Assembly (NCBI GenBank): GCA_024137785.1
Contig: JAHRHZ010000021.1
Span: 33,267,844 to 33,331,843 of the forward strand
DNA from: Ginglymostoma cirratum
Taxonomy: Eukaryota
Reading direction: 5' to 3'
DNA length: 64,000 nucleotides
In this document: piece after piece, positions 48,490-60,102 of the stretch
Layout of the letters: every line of letters starts with the position of its first letter
Position numbering within the stretch: position 1 is the stretch's first letter
Notes under the pieces: generated by a model
What the model was told of the DNA's origin: nothing
The model's database searches: none
What the model saw: only the letters and a program-made list of their open reading frames with translations
Program-made: the position numbers and the translations under genes

Positions 48490-49218
48490 GTCAAAAAAGA
48501 CAATGCATTAAAGGGAGTACGGAGGAGGTTTATGAAATTGTTTCCAGGGACAAGAAGCTTCAGTACTGAGAATAGATCGGAAAGGTTAGGACTGCTTCCC
48601 TTGGAGAACAGCAGGCTAAGAAGAGATAACACAGTGTGGAGCTGGAGGAACACAGAAAGGGTTTTCTGAAGAAGGGTCCTGATCCAAAACATCAGCTTTC
48701 CTGCTCCCCTGATGCTGCCTGGCCTGCTGTGTTCCTCCAGCTCCACACTGTGTTATTTCAGACTCCAGCATCGGCAGTTCTTACTATCTCTGAGAAAGCT
48801 AAGATGAGTTCTGTTAGAAGTTTTAAAAATAATGATGGTCTGAACAGAGTAGTAAAGGTGAAACAGTTCCTGTTTCTATGATCATTGAGAACCAGATGCA
48901 CTGTTTTGCAGTGTTTTGTAAAAGAAGCAAATGCGATGGAAGAAAAAGATTTTTTCACACAGAGTGTGGTTCAGGTTTAGAATGAACTGCCTGGAAGTAT
49001 GGTAGAGGCAGTTTCAATTGAAGCATTCAAGAGGGCATTAAATGATTACGTAAATACAAGCAACGTCCAGGACTACAGGGAAATGATGGAGATTAGCACC
49101 AAGTCAAAATCTTCAGACAGGAGGAGCAGGTATGATGGACTGAATCTTACTGAATTACGAAGCAGGATCAGGGAGCCGAATGGTCTCATTTTTGTTCCTA
49201 CTTTGTATGTTTCTATGT
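48490..49218 (+). mobile_element. CR1-like LINE 3' fragment interrupted by a hairpin element
   Basis: KKDNALKGVRRRFMKLFPGTRSFSTENRSERLGLLPLENSRLRRD (CR1 motif LE.VQRRFT.MIPG...Y.ERL..LGL.SLE.RRLRGD); resumes after about 48800. Confidence 0.85.
48622..48793 (+). mobile_element. Penelope-derived short element with a partial inverted arm
   Basis: ataacacagtgtggagctggaggaacacag (48626-48656) is the reverse complement of ctgtgttcctccagctccacactgtgttat (~48727-48757). Contains CTGAAGA-A-GGGTC-CT-GATCC-AAAAC at 48666-48690. Confidence 0.85.
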
Positions 49219-51479
49219 AACAGACACAGGGAACTCAGCACTGCAGCAGCACCATACCAGAGCCTGAGTTTTAGCTGCCAGTTGATCTCCACCCTTGCCC
49301 ACAGATCCTGTTTATTCAATAATTGCAGCAGCACAGACATAGAGGGAGAACAGCTGTAATGCATCATACTCAGAGAAATTAGATCAACCATGAGTGCCTT
49401 CATGGAATTTTTGCCATCTGTTGATTTTGACAGCTATAATTTCAAAGTTTTAACACCATTTATCAAACAAGAAAGTCTGCCAAACACTTAATAAAAATGA
49501 TGCCTTCTAGCTATTAGTTAATACAGCCACCTTCTATTATTTATCCAGAATACAACCTATAGCCAATTAACCCGAATTAGCTGAAAGTGTCTATATTTTT
49601 GAACAATTTCCAGGATTTTCTGGGAAAGTTTGGGAAATTGCACCATTTGTGACGCAGGAAGAATGAAAAATACCAAAGAAAAGGAAATTGTTCAGTAGGT
49701 GAATTATACCACTAATTAATCACAATTTACTCGCCTGTGATTTTGCGCCATTCTGCCTCACTGCAGGTATTTATCACAGCCCCATTTAAAATCAGTGGTG
49801 ATTACCAATTTTCCACCTACATTCCAGTTTTCATACCACAACCATTTGATTGCAAAAAAAGGCAGCCTGGCAACAGTGTGATGGACTTGAAATGTATTTT
49901 CTGATTGCATTTAAATAATATGCAAAACTTTATGGTGACCAGGACTTGTTAAAAGTCAGTTTTAAATCAATGCATTGTCATGTCAATAAAACCATTATTT
50001 TCTTATGATGTTTCATCGAAGTATATTTCCCTTTTAGCATTAGTAATGTTAATCTGCAACTTCAGAAGTTTGTTCACTTCCAGGTCTTAAATAACTGTCT
50101 TCAATTAACATTTTTATTTTCCATTCAGCACTTCACCATTCTGATATCACTGGCTTCTCTTTCTTCTCAACACTTTCCCAATAAGCAGAGCCTGATGTTT
50201 AACCATTACGTTTAGGGCAGAGCACAAGCAATTTTCACTCCTCAAAAACTAGTTGACTCAGTCTTATTACAAATATCAGAACTAAAGATTCAACTCTTTC
50301 ATCTGTGATAACCTTACAGATGCCCAACCTCACTTAAGATTCACATTATTTCCACTTTAAAGCTCCTTCTTCACTATGCAGAAACCTGCTCACTCACTGA
50401 AAATAAAAACCTTCTACACAGTTTCCTCTTTCTAAATGAACTAGTTTCTGTCTGTTTCCCTTTGTCAGAGAATGTCTTGCTAGACAACAGTCTATGAATA
50501 TGTATTTGAACACATTTCCTTCCTTTTTAAACCACATAATATAGAAATGGAAATCAAACTCAAAGGAAATATGGCAATATAGGCACAGCAAGGCCCTGCC
50601 ATGCAAAAAAGGGGTTACAATGTTAAGACTTTGGTAAAAAACAAAAACCAAACTCTAACCAACACAAAGGCAACAAGAAATTATTACAAATTATTTAATG
50701 TAAACTGCAAACTCTAGGTCAATTACAGAGGGAGACACTCAGACATGTAAAGACTCTTGAAATACCTGGAGTTTGCAAACGGACAATTGAGCTATCAGAC
50801 TTGAGGCTTTGGAAAGAGACAGCAGAGAGCAGGAAGAAATTCGAAGGGAATCAGCACAACTGACTTCTTTGCTTAATAGAACCTCTGCTTCCTCAAAATT
50901 AAAATGTCACCATTTCAAGTTTTGAACTGTGTTTAAAAAAAACTGAAGAGCCAGCTAGAGTCGTGCGCAAAACTCCAAGAATATGTCTTTCAGAACCAGT
51001 GAAGAACAAGGAACATTCTCCTCCCCCAAAATCTGCTATCCTGTAGCACCTACCTACACAAGAAAACACACATTTTTCAACGGCAGACACCACTGCAGCT
51101 GACTTCAAGCATTACCTCCTCATCTAAGAAACAAAAAACTCAAACAACTGGCAATGAAATATTGCCGAGATATATTGGGAATTTCCTCCTCTAAGTATAC
51201 TTGTTTCATTCTTGATGTTTGGTTTTTCTTGTAAATAAAACTTTCCCTCTTTATTCATCAGGAACCGTCAGTAGTAGTTTGGAATAAACTAACCTTTAGC
51301 CTGTTTGAACAGGAAGTTTGACTGCTGGTGTACCTTAACTTGAAGCATTACAACTTAAAAACGAGGATAAGAATAATTTTGTTCACTGACTGCTGTGGGT
51401 ATACCTGATGGTCCACAAACAGCAAAGTCATAATAATCAGAAACTATTTCTGATAGAATGATAAAAACTTAAAAGTGCT

Positions 51480-51685
51480 ACAGAAATTCAGCTAGCCTGA
51501 CAGCATCTGTGGAGACAGAAGCAAACTTAATGCTTTGAGTATAATGACTCAGTATTGAAGAAGAATCATCTGACTCAAACCATTGATCATATTTTTCTCC
51601 TCACAGATGCTGCTAGACCTGCTGAGTTTCTACAGCATTTTCGGTTTGTATTTCATATCACCAATAACTTCAGTATTTTGCTTTT
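51480..51685. mobile_element. Older Penelope-derived hairpin element
   Basis: aattcagctagcctgacagcatctgtggaga ... tcacagatgctgctagacctgctgagttt, imperfect inverted arms; same family as 24541-24765. Confidence 0.7.
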
Positions 51686-51709
51686 ACCGCTTGACTTCCA
51701 TTTCCATGA

Positions 51710-51940
51710 TGTTCATTGAGTGATTAATATTGACTAGGGCACTGAGAAGAACTCCCCTATTCTTTTTGGAGTGGTGTTATGGAATCTTTTACCCTAGGTG
51801 GCAAATGGGGCTTCAGTTTAACATAACCTCCAAAGGACAGCATTACTGACAGTGCAGCATACCTCAGTGTTTCATGGAGTGCCAGCCTGAACTATGTAAT
51901 AGCATCTTGCAGTGGGACCTGAAGCCACAGCATTCTGTCA
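51710..51940 (-). mobile_element. DeuSINE 5' half
   Basis: Reverse complement contains a tRNA-like head (gtggcttcaggtcccactgcaaga) and actgaggtatgctgcactgtcagtaatgctgtcctttggagg, matching the 62.9 kb copy. Confidence 0.65.
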
Positions 51941-52101
51941 AGCTTGCATGTAATAAAGTTGTTTAATGATTAATATGTGGATTCATCTACCCAGCCTTTC
52001 TTTTCCCCATTTTCAAGAAGAGATAAGGAATTACGTATGGGAGTTTGTGTGAAAGATTAGGCTATCTGGTCACATCACAAAGGATACCTCTTGGCTACAC
52101 T

Positions 52102-52342
52102 ACCATCTAATTAGAGATAACAAGGTGTAGAGCTGGATGAACACAGCAGGCCAAGTAGCATCAGAGGAGCAGGAAAGCTGACATTTTGAGTCTGGACCCT
52201 TCTTCAGAAATCAAGACCTGAAACGTCAGCTTTCCTGCTCCTCTGATGTTGCTTGGCCTGCTGTGTTCATCCAGCTCTACACCTTGTTATCTCAGATTCT
52301 CCAGCATCTGCAGTTCCTACTATCTCTCACCATCTAATTAGA
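52102..52342 (+). mobile_element. Young Penelope-derived hairpin element with a perfect 14-bp target-site duplication
   Basis: ACCATCTAATTAGA occurs at 52102-52115 and 52329-52342. Internal arms ~52114-52192 and ~52215-52293 are near-perfect reverse complements. Confidence 0.92.
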
Positions 52343-53889
52343 ACTGAGTACAATGAGCACATAACTACACACTTCATCCACCTGCAGGAGTGACTTATGA
52401 CACTGTATGAGAGAGAATACCCAAGAGCAGATCTTAAACTTTCAACAATTACTGCAACGATGCTAAGAACTCAGGATTGTCCACTTAATTGATTTTATTA
52501 CTGAATAAGACAGAAAAACAATATGACAACATCATTTTATCCAGACTTCATTCAGTGCATTTTCAAAATGGGTCTTTCCAGAAAAATAAATGAGGGAAAG
52601 TACATTAGTAAAAATTACCAGAGTCCAAAGGGAGAATCTTCCTTTCACCTGGAGGAATAGCAGCATGAGTAAAACATTTTGTTTACCAGCTTGCTCAGTG
52701 TCTCTGTTAAAAAAAATGTTTGCGACACCATAAAATGTGTTGGTTACAATGGTTGTTAATATGGAAATGAGGATTGACTTTAATTAGTTTAATACTTTAA
52801 CATTAATTTTGTTCGTATGAGCAGAGTAGGCTGATTGTAATAGCCATCAGCACATTAACACCAAGACTGCTGTAATAAAGAAGTAGGAGTATACTGCCCT
52901 GTTCCTCAGCCAAATCTGTTACATGTAAAAAACACCCAATCATCTGCCAAATCTGTTCCGGTCCCAATCAGCGGCAATGTCCATACAGACATGGTTCCCC
53001 AATAAATAACCATCTCAATGTAAACATACTGCCTCAATCAACATCCAACTCTTCAAACATGCTGAGCAAAATTCCAGCAAGAATAGTATCTCACTTCTCA
53101 AATAACTCTATTCAAGTGTGATGCCTCAATCAACAACCACTTTGTTGAAGCCAATCACAATAAATCCAAGCAATTCAAAGTAAAACGAGATTAAATAGTT
53201 GGATTGAGTCCATGACTGAGTACATTGTAGTGTTCATTGAGGAAATGAGCATTATCCAAATTGACATTCAGCCATTTTTTATGGAAGGTATGGTTAAAAA
53301 CCACTAATTGAATCTTTTCTAAAAGTCAAAAGCCCTATCTCACTGACTTGAAATAACAATAAAAGATGGCTGTCAGTCTGCACTCCTGTATCCAATCTAT
53401 TGGCTGGATACTGAGCTGGAGAGTAACCATGAGACACAATCACTTACAGGATGACGCTCTGGCTATGTCCAGACCTTACAGAATCATAGAAGTTTTATAG
53501 TCCAAAAACAGGCTATTTCATCCATCACATGTGCTCTGGCTCTCTTGAATCTCCTTAAAACTTATATTCCTTTACTTTATATTGTCTGTCCATGTTCTTC
53601 CTACCAAACTTCATCACCTTACACTTCTTCACAATGAACTTCATCTTTTATCCATCCACCCACTCCAACTCCTTTTAGGCTTCTCTGCTCATAATTTATG
53701 ATCCACTAATTCTATAAACTACACAATCCACAGCCATTTTGGGTGTAACCAGGCAGTTGGATGTAACATGAAATTTGGCAATCCAGCTAACCCATTGAGT
53801 GTTTGAACATTATTTTTGTCTGTAGACCAGCAAAAGCTTGAGATACCAAAGCAGCGAGATTCTACGTGGGTCTTTTTCTCTTTCTCCCT

Positions 53890-54517
53890 TGCTCTGGACC
53901 AGGCCAGACCCCCTCAATATATTTTAAGAAGGCAGCCGAGATCCTAACTTTGTCTTATATAAGTGGATGTGAAGTGCCCTGTTCCAGGTGAAATGCGACT
54001 GGTCAAACTACTCGACTTTAAGTAAAACAATTTATTTAAACGCTGTAGTTAAAATACAAACAAAAGAAAGAGGAATTCAGAATAACTTAACTATTGGAAA
54101 ACTTAACCAAATAACAGATACAGAAACCTATTACTAATTAACTGTTCTAATGTGCTAACATCCCATAAACACACCCCTTGGCAAAAAGGTAAATTCAGGC
54201 ACAGATTCTCACATGCAGCTCTCCAATCCAGGAAGCAAAAAACATTGAGAAAGTAGCAGCTAGGAGACATTGACTGAAGCTTCCAACTCTTTTGAGACCC
54301 CAAAGGCTTTTGCTTAAAACTAAACCTAAAAACTAAATGAAAACTGGAAAGCCTGGTCTGAGAGAGCTGCCATATGCAGGCTGCTTCCATTGGTCCAACT
54401 TTTTAAAAAAAACCTCAAGGCCTCACAGATTGTTTACTTTCTTAGAGACAGCTCGATATCTCTGCCTTACACACCTCTTCAAAAAAAAGGACAAAATAAC
54501 TCAAAGTGACAGCATCA
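53890..54517 (-). mobile_element. Probable solo LTR (about 625 bp)
   Basis: Compositionally distinct block with TG...CA-compatible ends and an AATAAA on the minus strand (tttatt near 54030); no coding remnant. No clean target-site duplication found. Confidence 0.5.
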
Positions 54518-54879
54518 TCTCTCTCTCGGCAACTTGCAAGCTCCTAACCCAGTCAGCTGCTCTTTTGGTTTATCCTTTGCGGCAGTCAGAGATTTTTTAA
54601 AGTGAGCTTAACCTCGTAGCTGTTTTCTTCTGAGGAGCAAAAAATATTTGACTACGTCTTTAAACTACTTTGACAGTGACTCAGAAAGAGAGTTCACCCT
54701 GAGGCTAGTAAGTTGTATGCTCCTTTAACTTTACTGAACTTTAAAATTGTTTAATCCATGTTCCCACTCTAATCTGAGTTTGTGTGAACTTGGAGTTTAA
54801 GGAAGGGTTGAATAGTTCATGTCCTCAAATGACTACACCAGGCTTTGATTTCTGTTAACTGATGAGAAGTGATCTTCCT

Positions 54880-55200
54880 GAGACTTAGAAGATCCAGATG
54901 AGCTGACAGGGAGATTGTGGAAATGATGCTTCTCTTTGTAGGAGAGACTAGAACCAAGGGTCTCCTACTTAAGGCAGAGGTAGAGAGAAATGTTTTCTCT
55001 CAGAGGGTCACGGATCTTTGGAACTCTTTTCCCTCAAGAGTAATGGAAGCAGTCATTGAATATTTCTAAGGTATAGGTGATTAACAAGCAAGTCAGGTTA
55101 TTCAGAATGTAGGGTTGAGGCCACAAACATATCAGCCATGATGTTACTGAATGGCAAAGCAGCTGGGAGGAGCTGAATGACTTAATTCATATGTTTGTAT
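54880..55200 (+). mobile_element. Decayed CR1-like 3' fragment
   Basis: ggagagactagaaccaaggg ... ttttctctcagagggtcacggatctttggaactct ... atcagccatgat...gaatggc. Confidence 0.75.
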
Positions 55201-56861
55201 ATAATGTGGTTCTCAAAGAAACATAGAGGGTTTTCTTGTTTTAAAAGAAAAAAAATAGTTTCTTGTACTTGATCCTTTCTAAGAAGACTAATAAATAGAC
55301 TGAATCTTTCTCTCAAACACATACACTGAAATTAATACTGTCTGACCTTTCTTCATAACACCCCTATATTATCATTACCAGCAACGCAAAAAGCTAAACA
55401 CTTTCAAAATTGGCAAGCATATCCTTCTAAAATAAAGCCTGTTGTGGTCAAAGAAGAATTGGGAAAACAGGGGAGCCCCACTGCATTTGTTTGTAACAGT
55501 CTGCAAGGACTTGGAACAGAGTCCCTGTTACACTGCACATGAAGGTGACCTCCGTTCCAGCTCTCTCTGTAAACGTCCTGCGTATGTTCTCAACTTACAA
55601 TACTTCATTTAATAAACTATCCCAAGATTTGTGCAGGACTAACTTTCTCAGCTGTATTAAAAGGCTCTCACACTTCCACTGCACTCTTCATATAATATAG
55701 AAAAATCTAAGATAAACGTACAGAAAGTACAGGTGAAAGAGAGTGACGCTGCACATCAAAGAATGTGAGAGACTGAGACAGGATAAATCTAATGGAGAGT
55801 GTTGTCAATTTGATAGCAATGGTGCGAGGACTGAGAAAGCCCAGGAAGGATGGAGCTGCCTGCAGCACAAAGACGGCTCCATTACCTTACCTGGTTTTCT
55901 CCAAAGCCCTCCACTTGAAAATGAGGATCTTTTGTTTGACTCAAACTCAGTTCTGCAATCAACATGTTTAGTCTAGGCATAAGGAAGCATTCAGATGCAC
56001 AGGTTGGAGCGCAGCTGAATGAACTGTGGCTTGTCTAAAACCTGACCCATAGATATTGCACAGTGCTCGTTTTTCTGAGCTGTTTTGCCTATTTTGTCTT
56101 CGGGGATCTGAGGAACATATACAACATGAACAAGGTCAAGTAGAAACAGTGAAGTCAATACCCAATTTCACAAAATATGTTCTCAAAGGAAGCATGCCCT
56201 AATCAGGGAGACATCTAAGTAAAGCAGTGACTGAAAAATAACAACACACTCATTGTTGCATGGAAGCTTTACATCAAGAAGATCTGTATTTGACAGTGAG
56301 GCTCAGTGGGGTTGAAGATTTGCATGTATCCACCCTCTAGTTTTCGGAATGCTTAGTCTTTACATTCCTGCTCTGTGAAACAAGGTCCAGCTGCATACCG
56401 TCATAAAGTCACAATGTCCTCCCTCCTTACTGTCAACTGCCCCCACTCCCAAAACAATTTCCTTCTCTGTTCTCTCCTGAAACCAAAAGTCACATAGGGA
56501 TTCAGATGCACTGATGCTGACAGCGTGCCTCCTAGCTTCTCGCAGATTTGCATACAATTTACACTGGTGATCAGGAGAAGCAGCTTGTGCATAACTTTTT
56601 TTCACCTCTTTTCAGAGAAACAAAATGGTAAATTTACCAATGTCTGAAAATAGGTAAGGTCTCTTTAATAGGTAAAATATCTTTTTTTGCATTTTCAGCA
56701 GTATTTTGTTCCAGGATCGCTTGATTAGAATTGAGTTGTCTCATCGCACTTTTAAACATTTTTTTAAGAAAGAGAGCAAGAGGTAAATACTCACTGTGTT
56801 TCAGCGCAGGTTTAGTTTGGTTAAAGTCCTTTAGTCTTGAGTGTTGTAGTAATTCACTTCC

Positions 56862-57225
56862 TAACTCTCCAGAGTCCGTCCAACACCTACAAGGCACAAG
56901 TCAGGAGTGTGATGGAATACTCCCCGCTTGCATGGGTGCAGCTCCAACAACACCCAGGACAAGCAGCCCACTTGATTGGCACCATATCTACAAATATGCA
57001 GTTCCTCAAATCACCGATGTTCAGTAGCAGCAGTGTATACCACCTACAAGATGCACTGCAGAAATTCATCAAGGCTCCTTTGATAGCACCTGCCAAACCC
57101 ATGACAAATGCCATCTAAAAGGACAAGGGCAACAGTTACATGGGAGCCTCACCACCAGCCAGTTTCCCTCCAAGGGCACTTATCATCCTGACTTGGAAAT
57201 ATACCACTGTTCCTTCAGTGTTGCC
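56862..57225 (+). mobile_element. Fragment of the APE/RT LINE family
   Basis: TYKAQVRSVMEYSPLAW in ORF 56837..57118; collinear with 38760-39140. Confidence 0.85.
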
Positions 57226-57431
57226 TTGCCTGAGGAAGAAGAGGCATCGTTGTGCCTTTTTGACTCTCACATCTAAGTGTCAATCTGAAGATAAATAAAG
57301 AAACCAGTGTCTAGCCTGGAATGAGACAGAGAACCAGAACAAAAGTCTGGACAGTGTGCCATGAAGATGCAAGTTTGTGCTCCATGTTAATTATTTTGAT
57401 GCAAGGCAGAAAACTTGTATATTAAGGAATT

Positions 57432-57773
57432 TTGTTTTATTCATTAACAGGATGAAGGCGTCACTGGCTAGGCAGCATTTATTGCACATCCCTAATTGTC
57501 CAGAGGGCGGTTCAGAGTCAACCACATTGCTGTGGGTCTGGAGTCCAGGTAAGGATGGCAAGGTCCTTCCCTAAAGGAAACTAGGGAACCAGGTGAGTTT
57601 TTTCAACAACCGACAATGGATTCACGGTCGTCATTAGATTCTTAATTCTAGATAGTTTATTGAATTCAATTCCACCATCTGCCGTGGCAGGATTCGAACC
57701 CTGGTCCCCAGAACATTATCTGGGTCTCTTCACTAACAGTCCAGAGATAATACCACTAGACCATTGCCTCCCC
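57432..57773 (-). mobile_element. tRNA-derived SINE with a LINE-derived tail and an 11-bp target-site duplication
   Basis: Minus strand A box TGGTCTAGTGG (57763-57753) and B box GGTTCGAATCC (57700-57690). The tail matches LINE 39245-39320. Flanked by ATTAAGGAATT at 57421-57431 and at 57787/57802. Confidence 0.88.
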
Positions 57774-59756
57774 ATGAATTGCCTCAATTAAGGAATTCCC
57801 CATTAAGGAATTGCCTCAACATAGACATCATCTCCAAGGATAACAACCGTGCATGTATGGAGTTGATAATAGATTGAGTTGACCAGAAAAGCAGTTATGG
57901 AGAATTTGCTGTTGACTAACTCCACAGACAAGGACCAAACATCCCAATTACTGTACTATCTGACGAATAAATTAATGTTCTTATTCAGTTTATCAAGTTG
58001 CAAACTTGAGGTGCAGCTTGCCATGTGGACTACTTAACTGGTTCTGATGTCATAAATCCATTTTATTGTCATTGCTAAGTTGAAGCCATTTTTAGTAATG
58101 TTGCTGTAACAATGATGCAGAAATTTACTGGCTTGCATAAGCTATTTTGGAATCCTGTTGAAAATCGATCATGATCTTGGAATATTACTTCAGAATTGAT
58201 ACTGAAACATCTTGGTGTGAATTAAAATGTCTTATGAAGCCCAGTCAAAGTTAATAGTGTCTCACTGCATTACATTTGCATCACACTCGGTACGGTATGT
58301 CTCTGCTTTGTACTGACTGAATCTCGAAACCTTTCTTTATAGGAGCCTCGTCATTGCCTATAAATCCTAATTCAGTTTCTCTTATGATCCTGTGTATACA
58401 ATTGTTCTAACGACTTACATAATTTACAGATCATTTGCAATACCAGAGGACATAAGATTCATACACATCCCATGGATTCTGACATCAATTTTGTAGTCTT
58501 TGACCTTCTGGACTCTAAACTGATATAGAACCACTTATCCCCAAGCCTGAGATCAAGGCTAATTTTATGACAGGGAGGAAGAAAAGGGGTAGATGGATTG
58601 ACATCTCAACTAAGTAAAGCTTAAAAATAGATTTTATAAAATGTCTTAGTTGAGGGTTATGACTGCACCATCTTGACTATATGCAAATCAACACAGATAA
58701 TCACGGCACATAGCTTGCTGGCTTTTTTCATAAAATTTTACCTTCCTTCTAATCTGCTTCTACGTTGCTGGCTTTTGATAAATATTGCTTGTACAGCTAA
58801 CACGTCTGAGGTACATTTGTCAGATTTGATCAGATAGGTCACCAGGAAGATCCTGGGAAAAGAAATGGTATTTAAGCATTTGCCCTAGCAAACCCAGCAA
58901 TGTTATTCTTGGGTTTCTGCCTACTGGTGTCAGGGGACAGGTGATTTGAACATTCATCAGAAACAAGTACAAAAGCAATTTGCAGCTCACTTCCTGCTAC
59001 TGTGGCCCGTTAAACAGTGTGGTTCCAAAACCAATTGCACTCCATTCCTCTGCCACTTCTAAATATTTAGCATTTAACTGAACTGAGTTGAATTTAAACA
59101 AACTTAAAAATTCAAGCCCCTCTGTATCTGCCACTTCAGGATATATGCAACCTCCCTCATCTCAGACAGTCACATTTGTGAATGATCCTTTATTCTAAGC
59201 ACTGGAATGGTATTTCTGTATCAGGAGCAAACATGTATCTGCACCGCAGTTTACTTTAACTTAATTTATTTCTGGAATCCTGGACCCAAAAAAGAACTTA
59301 TGGTTCTGTGAGCTGTGATTACATAAATCTGGAACAAATAACATATATAATTTTGCAGAAGAGAAATGTTGTGCGAAAGCTGGAATCCAATGGGACCATC
59401 AGAAGAGCTGTTCAGAGAACGGCAATTGCCTGAGTTTGGGAAGGGAGCAGATCAGCTGCAGGTTAAATCAGAGCCTGCCAGCCTCAATGATATATTTAAA
59501 TTACCTATCCACCTCCTGGAAGTTAGTGGGGTGTTTGTTTCTGTCCTGCCTCCTGTTAACCCAGAAATGGGTAATTGGAAGCAAATGAGATCAAGTTTCA
59601 GGCTTTTACAAATTTAACACCACACTCCACTCAATTTTAAGTTTTAAAATCCACCCTGTTATTTTCCTCTCCTCAAACATAAATATTCCAATTGTTAGAA
59701 ATTTGGGTTGCTTTAGAACCATTTTTTGTAGCTTTTTCTAGTACGTTCTGAGTTAT

Positions 59757-60102
59757 AGGATCATGGAATCACTATAGGGTGGGGAAAAGCCATTCAGCCC
59801 ATCGAGTCTGCAGCAAGTCTCTGAAGAGCAACTGACCCAGACCCAGCCACCCTGTAACCCCACATTTCCCACAGCTAATCCACCAGATCTACACCTCCCT
59901 GGACACTATAGGGCAAGTTAACATAGTCAATCCACCTAAACTCCACATCTTTGGACTGTGGGAGGAAACCAGAGCACCCAGAGGAATCCCACACAGACAC
60001 AGGGAGAATATGCAAACTCCACACAGTCAGTTACCCAAAGCTGGAATGGAACCCAGGTCCTTGGCCCTGAGAGGCAGCAGTACTAGCCACTAAGCCACTA
60101 TG
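59757..60102 (-). mobile_element. V-SINE (HE1-like)
   Basis: catctttggactgtgggaggaaaccagagcacccagagg...ggagaatatgcaaactccacacag is the reverse complement of the V domain; homologous to 33641-33975. Confidence 0.9.
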
